Shown here piece by piece: positions 1 to 3,348 of a stretch of DNA of 5,352 nucleotides (the stretch's first letter is position 1; the number at the start of each line of letters is the position of its first letter). Both the position numbers and the translations under genes were made by a program. The notes beneath the pieces are model-generated. The model was not told where the DNA came from and made no database searches. It worked only from the letters and a program-made list of their open reading frames with translations. Source of the DNA: an uncultured archaeon (GTDB lineage: Archaea; Iainarchaeota; Iainarchaeia; Iainarchaeales; 0-14-0-20-30-16); contig CAZQQS010000025.1 in assembly GCA_964595665.1 (NCBI GenBank), forward strand, positions 1-5,352, given 5' to 3'.

Positions 1-330
1 TGTAAATTGAAAATATAATTCAACATCAAATTTATCTTGCAACCATTTAGTAAACATCCAAGGCCCTAAATGCCCTAAATGTATTGGTCCAGAAGGTCCT
101 CTTCCAGTATACAAAAAGAATTTATTTCCTTTTTCATATTCATCTAAAATAAATTTCAAATCTCTGTGAGCAAAGAAAATATTTCTTCTCAAATAAGGAT
201 GTAAGTCTTTAGTTATTTTTTTTATTCTTTCCAATAATTTATCATCTATTTTACTAACCCCAAATTCTTTAATCACATTATCATAATCAACATTTCCTTT
301 TACTTCCCAAGGAGTTATCTTCATAACCAT
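1..330 (-). CDS. trpS: Tryptophanyl-tRNA synthetase, archaeal/eukaryotic type. Only the N-terminal ~110 aa are present; the gene continues past the left window edge.
   Basis: My reverse-complement translation is open to position 1: (MV)MKITPWEVKGNVDYDNVIKEFGVSKIDDKLLERIKKITKDLHPYLRRNIFFAHRDLKFILDEYEKGNKFFLYTGRGPSGPIHLGHLGPWMFTKWLQDKFDVELYFQFT. The strings PWxVxG..DYxxxIxxFG, RRxxFFxHRD, LYTGRGPSG..HLGHL (class I HIGH-type motif) and KWLQ are the hallmark N-terminal pattern of archaeal/eukaryotic TrpRS. Start candidates are ATG at 330 or ATG at 324, in the same frame. The in-frame stop at 340..342 bounds the ORF. The ORF is absent from the supplied track, presumably because it is truncated. 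Confidence 0.85.
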   Translation of the reverse strand, partial: MVMKITPWEVKGNVDYDNVIKEFGVSKIDDKLLERIKKITKDLHPYLRRNIFFAHRDLKFILDEYEKGNKFFLYTGRGPSGPIHLGHLGPWMFTKWLQDKFDVELYFQFT

Positions 331-336
331 AAAAAT

Positions 337-341
337 ACCTC
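337..341 (-). promoter_or_regulatory. Shine-Dalgarno-like GAGGT upstream of trpS, overlapping the TGA stop of the upstream ATPase
   Basis: The minus strand reads AATGAGGTATTTTTATGGTTATGAAG. GAGGT lies 6 nt before ATG(330) and overlaps the TGA stop codon (340..342) of ATPase 1. GAGGT is complementary to the conserved CCUCC near the 16S rRNA 3' end. Confidence 0.4.
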
Positions 342-1599
342 ATTCTAACAACCATTTCCACAAAGGAATATATTTTATTTTTTTATTATCAATTATTTCT
401 TCTTTTTCTATGTTTTGAGTAATAATAATACCTTCATTTAATTTAAATTCTTTTAGTCCAAATACTAAAGCATTAATTTCTCTTTCTTTTGTTTTTTCGT
501 TAGATAAATCATAACACACTTGTATTAATTCTTTTACTTTTTGTTTTTCAACAATTAAGAAATCTACTTCTAATTTGGATTCATTTTCCCAATAATATGT
601 TTCTTTATTTTTTCTTTTTAATTCTATAAAAACTACATTTTCATATAATCTACCTATATTTTCTGAAAATGCAAATGCCATTTTATTTACTAAACCAGCA
701 TCTATACAATAAATCTTTTTAGAATATGTGTTTTGTTTTTTTAAAGAATAATCAAATAAAGGATGTTCAAAAAATATGTAACTATTAGTTAAATAAGAAA
801 CATAATCTTTTGCAGTATTAACACTACCTAATCCAAAATTATTTTTTAAAGAAGTATAAGAAAACTTTTTTGCAATATTAGACAACAAAAACAAACTTAT
901 TTTCTTAAAATTATTTTCATCTTTAATAGTGTATCGATTCAATATATCTTTATTTAAAACATCTTGATATATGTTTTGTAAAATATCTGAATTATTAAAT
1001 ATTATTACTTCCGGAAATCCACCAGATTTTATATAATCTTCTAAATATTTTCTTATTTTTATTTGACCTTTTGTAGAATTATAATTTTCTTTAAATTTTT
1101 TATAACCCAAATATTCTTTAAAAGAAAATGGATATATTGTAATATCAAAGTGTCTACCCGTTAAATAAGTAGATATTTCTTTAGATAGCAAATCTGCATT
1201 AGACCCAGTTATAAAAAATCTTTTATTTTCAGCATATAATCTATTAACAAATTTGTTCCAATCATATTTTCCTTGTATTTCATCAAATAAAAAAATATTT
1301 CTATCTCCAAAATTTTTTAGAAATATTTCATACAATAATTGAAAATCTTTTGTTTGGAAATCTATTAATCTTTCATCAGAAAAATCCAAATAATAAAATT
1401 TATTTTTATAATGTTTACTCATTACTTGTAATAAAAAAGTGGATTTACCAACCCTTCTATGTCCAGTAACAACAATATTTATTTTATGATTTATAATATT
1501 GGAAATATCATTTAATTTGTCTCTTGGATAACTTAAAGATAACTTTTCCAATCTATTTTGCTGATCTAATACTATTTTTGTTAAATTTGCTTCATCCAT
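340..1599 (-). CDS. AAA+ ATPase of the AAA_14 + DUF4143 (COG1373-like) family, function unknown; 419 aa from the preferred start
   Basis: Walker A is VTGHRRVGKST (1438..1464) and Walker B is IFLFDEIQ (1273..1296). Also present: sensor-like FFITGSN, LTGRHFDITIYPFSFKEYL, GGFPE, a wHTH-like middle region (SYTSLKNNFGLGSVNTAKDYVSYLTNSYIF) and KKIYCIDAGL. The C-terminal part has EVDFLI...LIQVCYDL...KEREINAL...IPLWKWLL, typical of this family. The track ORF starts at ATG 1680, but I prefer ATG 1599 (MDEANLTKIVLDQQ...). This puts Walker A about 46 aa from the N-terminus, as in family members, and a TTTATAAA box sits at -29..-22 relative to it. Confidence 0.85.
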   Translation of the reverse strand: MDEANLTKIVLDQQNRLEKLSLSYPRDKLNDISNIINHKINIVVTGHRRVGKSTFLLQVMSKHYKNKFYYLDFSDERLIDFQTKDFQLLYEIFLKNFGDRNIFLFDEIQGKYDWNKFVNRLYAENKRFFITGSNADLLSKEISTYLTGRHFDITIYPFSFKEYLGYKKFKENYNSTKGQIKIRKYLEDYIKSGGFPEVIIFNNSDILQNIYQDVLNKDILNRYTIKDENNFKKISLFLLSNIAKKFSYTSLKNNFGLGSVNTAKDYVSYLTNSYIFFEHPLFDYSLKKQNTYSKKIYCIDAGLVNKMAFAFSENIGRLYENVVFIELKRKNKETYYWENESKLEVDFLIVEKQKVKELIQVCYDLSNEKTKEREINALVFGLKEFKLNEGIIITQNIEKEEIIDNKKIKYIPLWKWLLE

Positions 1600-1620
1600 A
1601 AATATATATAAGGCATACAA

Positions 1621-1628
1621 TTTATAAA
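1621..1628 (-). promoter_or_regulatory. Archaeal TATA-box-like element (TTTATAAA) for ATPase 1, positioned for a leaderless or near-leaderless mRNA
   Basis: TTTATAAA spans -29..-22 relative to the A of ATG(1599). Archaeal TATA boxes are centred about 26-27 nt upstream of the transcription start, which would place the start at or next to the ATG. Caveat: TATA-like strings are common in DNA this AT-rich. Confidence 0.45.
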
Positions 1629-1748
1629 TTTGTTCATTATCAGTGAACAAAATTATACTTTTTGTGCATTTGAAACGCATAAATCTCGTGATTTGTTATA
1701 GTCAATTGTAACAAAAACACTACTAATAACGATTACTTTTTTTATAAA

Positions 1749-1771
1749 GGTTTTCAAGGGCTATGAAAACC
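1749..1771. repeat. Perfect 8-bp inverted repeat with a 7-nt spacer (GGTTTTCA-AGGGCTA-TGAAAACC) in the ATPase 2 / ATPase 1 spacer
   Basis: The arms at 1749..1756 and 1764..1771 are exact reverse complements. The repeat sits in the locally most GC-rich patch of the spacer (14 of 30 nt are G/C over 1749..1778). It directly abuts a second TTTATAAA string at 1741..1748. Its function (protein binding site, RNA hairpin or terminator stem) is unknown. Confidence 0.6.
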
Positions 1772-1852
1772 ACCTTCAAAATACCACTTATTTAATACTC
1801 ATATAATATTAATATCTTTTTAAATTTATGTAACCTCTTTTAAGATATTTAT

Positions 1853-3091
1853 TTAATTAATCAATGAAAATAAAGCTATTGGAACATACAAATTATTACC
1901 ATCAAACCTTAATTCACCGCTATAAACAACTATTACCCCTTTTTTATAAACTTTTTTGTTTTTCGAACCGATTTCGAAAATAATATTATCTACTATAAAA
2001 TCATTTTTATTTTCTTCATAAAAATATTTTATCCCTTTATCTAAAGATCTTATAATTCTTACAAATAAATCTTCTTTGCTAAAACCTTTTACGATTTCTT
2101 GTTCAGTATTAGTTAAAGCAAATCTAAAATTTGGAGTATAAAAAACATATCTTTTTGCATCTCCCAATCTTTTTGTAGTAACAGACGGCTCAACATAATC
2201 TATTAACTTTGCCTTTTCTAACAAATTAATAAATTTAAAAATCAAAGATTTTGATGACCCAGTTACTTTAGTAATAGTAGTTATACTTGTTTTTTCATTA
2301 ATTATTAAGAAATTTAATATCTTCTTTATTATATCTAGGTTATCAGTATTAAAACTCTCTATCTTTGGAATATCTTCGTAAATTACTTTATTTATAATAT
2401 CTTGTATTACTTTTTTATCATATTTTTCAAGCATATATGGAAAACTACTTAATAAATAATTGTTAAATTCTTCTATTATCTCTTTAGATAAATGCCCCTC
2501 AAACTTTATTAAATCAAAATATTTTTGTTGTAAAGAATCTTTAGAAAAAATTATATTCTTAAGTTTATTATTAAAATCTACTTTAATATTATTTTTAATA
2601 AGCAAATATTCTCTAAACGATAAAGGATCTACAACAAATGTCTTTGCTCTTCTTATTAAATCAATACCTACTCTACTTATATTTATAGATGATGACCCAG
2701 AAATAATAATTAATTTATCAGGATTTAAATCTGCAAACAACTTAACACTTATTTGCCAATCCAAATATTGTATTTCATCAATTATAATAATTTTTGTATT
2801 TAATGTTTTTATAGTTTCAAAGAAATCATTTAAATTTATATTTTGATTAAACAAAAAATCTCCAGAAGTATAAAACGCAGATCTTTCAGACAAAATTGTA
2901 TTTAATATAGTCGTTTTCCCAACACCTCTTAATCCAATAATAAATATTAAATTAGGAATATTCTTTAAAGTATAGAAATCATCTATATGCTTATTAATTT
3001 CCCCATAAACAAATCTTTGCGATTTTTGCTTTATTTTCAATTTATTACGCTTATCATACTCTAATATTTTCTCAAACAAATCACTAACCAT
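1853..3091 (-). CDS. AAA+ ATPase, a divergent AAA_14/archaeal-ATPase-like protein with a C-terminal wHTH-like region, function unknown; 412 aa
   Basis: Walker A is IIGLRGVGKTT (2909..2935) and Walker B is IIIIDEIQYLDW (DEIQ within 2768..2791). Also present: sensor-like IIISGSSS, LIRRAKTFVVDPLSFREYL, and a wHTH-like segment TSITTITKVTGSSKSLIFKFINLLEKAKLIDYVEP. The C-terminus carries NDFIVDNIIFEIGSKNKK. ATG 3091 is the only start, because an in-frame TGA lies at 3101..3103. The stop is TAA at 1853..1855. Confidence 0.8.
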   Translation of the reverse strand: MVSDLFEKILEYDKRNKLKIKQKSQRFVYGEINKHIDDFYTLKNIPNLIFIIGLRGVGKTTILNTILSERSAFYTSGDFLFNQNINLNDFFETIKTLNTKIIIIDEIQYLDWQISVKLFADLNPDKLIIISGSSSINISRVGIDLIRRAKTFVVDPLSFREYLLIKNNIKVDFNNKLKNIIFSKDSLQQKYFDLIKFEGHLSKEIIEEFNNYLLSSFPYMLEKYDKKVIQDIINKVIYEDIPKIESFNTDNLDIIKKILNFLIINEKTSITTITKVTGSSKSLIFKFINLLEKAKLIDYVEPSVTTKRLGDAKRYVFYTPNFRFALTNTEQEIVKGFSKEDLFVRIIRSLDKGIKYFYEENKNDFIVDNIIFEIGSKNKKVYKKGVIVVYSGELRFDGNNLYVPIALFSLIN

Positions 3092-3110
3092 AATATAATA
3101 TCATCCAAAA

Positions 3111-3121
3111 TATTTAAAAAA
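3111..3121 (-). promoter_or_regulatory. Archaeal TATA-box-like element (TTTTTTAAATA) for ATPase 2
   Basis: The minus strand reads GAAC-TTTTTTAAATA-TTTTGGATGATATTATATT-ATG. The box spans about -30..-20 relative to ATG(3091), the same geometry as for ATPase 1. This is consistent with a transcription start at or within a few nt of the ATG. The box is immediately downstream of repeat copy 1. Confidence 0.45.
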
Positions 3122-3149
3122 GTTCTTTTTTTAGAACATCAATCATTCT
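3122..3149. repeat. Intergenic direct repeat, copy 1: GTTCTTTTTTTAGAACATCAAT + CATTCT, with palindromic core GTTCT-N6-AGAAC
   Basis: The segment 3122..3143 is identical over 22 nt to 3225..3246, an offset of 103 bp. The following ATTCT is conserved after a 1-nt indel. The core GTTCT (3122..3126) and AGAAC (3133..3137) are reverse complements separated by TTTTTT. Confidence 0.75.
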
Positions 3150-3199
3150 CTTCATAAGTCATTCACAAATAAAACTCTATTATGTAGTATTAATCTTCC

Positions 3200-3240
3200 A
3201 AAAACCTAAAAATATGTGAATAAGGTTCTTTTTTTAGAAC
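3200..3240 (-). terminator. Candidate transcription terminator for the PKD-domain gene: a hairpin followed by two T5 tracts
   Basis: The minus strand reads GTTCTAAAAAAAGAAC-CTTATTCACATA-TTTTT-AGG-TTTTT-GG. These are the first oligo-T runs of 5 or more downstream of the stop at 3349 (plus-strand A5 at 3200..3204 and 3208..3212). Archaeal termination commonly occurs at oligo-T tracts. The stem is only 5 bp, so this call is weak. Confidence 0.3.
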
Positions 3241-3253
3241 ATCAATTAATTCT
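3225..3253. repeat. Intergenic direct repeat, copy 2: GTTCTTTTTTTAGAACATCAAT + TAATTCT
   Basis: This is the 22-nt perfect match to copy 1. It carries the same 5-6-5 palindrome, with arms at 3225..3229 and 3236..3240. Confidence 0.75.
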
Positions 3254-3348
3254 TAATTTTTTTAATAATTTTTCTTTAGTTTTTACAACAATAAGCTTTA
3301 ACTCAATTACTTCAATTCTTATTAACACAACAGATTTTTAACATAAGT

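Noticed and set aside
340-342. Alternative genetic code (TGA recoded, as in some candidate-phyla bacteria)
   Set aside because: TGA terminates ATPase 1 exactly where family homologues end (…IPLWKWLLE). All four ORFs are intact under the standard code, and the TrpRS is of the archaeal type.
1600-1680. 27-codon N-terminal extension of ATPase 1 (ATG 1680)
   Set aside because: The extension contains the TATA-like box that fits the downstream ATG 1599, has no family-like sequence, and would displace Walker A from its usual distance to the N-terminus. I keep it only as a lower-probability alternative start.
1741-1748. Second TTTATAAA as the promoter of ATPase 1
   Set aside because: It would imply a leader of about 37 nt to ATG 1680 or about 118 nt to ATG 1599, with no SD before either. 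The identical box at 1621..1628 fits the leaderless geometry better. It may still be functional, for example together with the adjacent palindrome, so it is discussed under findings rather than called as a feature.
1763-1795. 10-codon plus-strand mini-ORF (MKTTFKIPLI) overlapping the palindrome
   Set aside because: It is too short, has no SD or properly spaced TATA box, and is most simply a by-product of the palindrome sequence.
2460-2846. 128-aa plus-strand ORF from the supplied track
   Set aside because: It lies entirely antisense to the motif-rich core of ATPase 2, including its Walker B. Its translation is low-complexity and rich in I, L, S, F and K, with no recognisable motif. It is a shadow ORF of the kind expected in AT-rich DNA with few stop codons on the opposite strand.
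340-3091. Recent tandem duplication of one ATPase gene
   Set aside because: The two proteins share only family motifs, and I saw no extended identity at the DNA or protein level. They are anciently diverged paralogues or independently acquired genes.
3122-3137. Bacterial-type intrinsic terminator at repeat copy 1 (hairpin followed by T6 on the minus strand)
   Set aside because: The stem is only 5 bp and has 2 G:C pairs. The T6 run is better explained as part of the TATA-like box of ATPase 2, and the context looks archaeal, where hairpins are not required for termination.
3114-3155. 13-codon minus-strand micro-ORF (MKRMIDVLKKELF) covering repeat copy 1
   Set aside because: The reading frame is not preserved at repeat copy 2, where ATG TTC TAA gives only 2 codons. 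The repeat is therefore conserved as DNA or RNA, not as a peptide. The micro-ORF also overlaps the putative TATA box of ATPase 2.
3161-3221. 7-bp inverted repeat ATTCACA / TGTGAAT between the two direct-repeat copies, which could be MITE-like TIRs flanked by direct repeats
   Set aside because: A 7-bp match is within chance expectation for AT-rich DNA. The distances to the flanking direct repeats are asymmetric (11 nt versus 3 nt). The 22-nt direct repeats are much longer than typical target-site duplications.
3122-3253. Possible CRISPR array
   Set aside because: There are only two copies, the repeat is just 22-28 nt, and the 103-bp period implies a spacer of about 81 nt, outside the usual range. 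No cas genes are visible in the window.
3139-3316. Recurrence of TCAAT (3139, 3242, 3303, 3312) in the spacer
   Set aside because: A 5-mer is too short for significance without a proper background model. Two of the four instances are already part of the 22-nt repeat.
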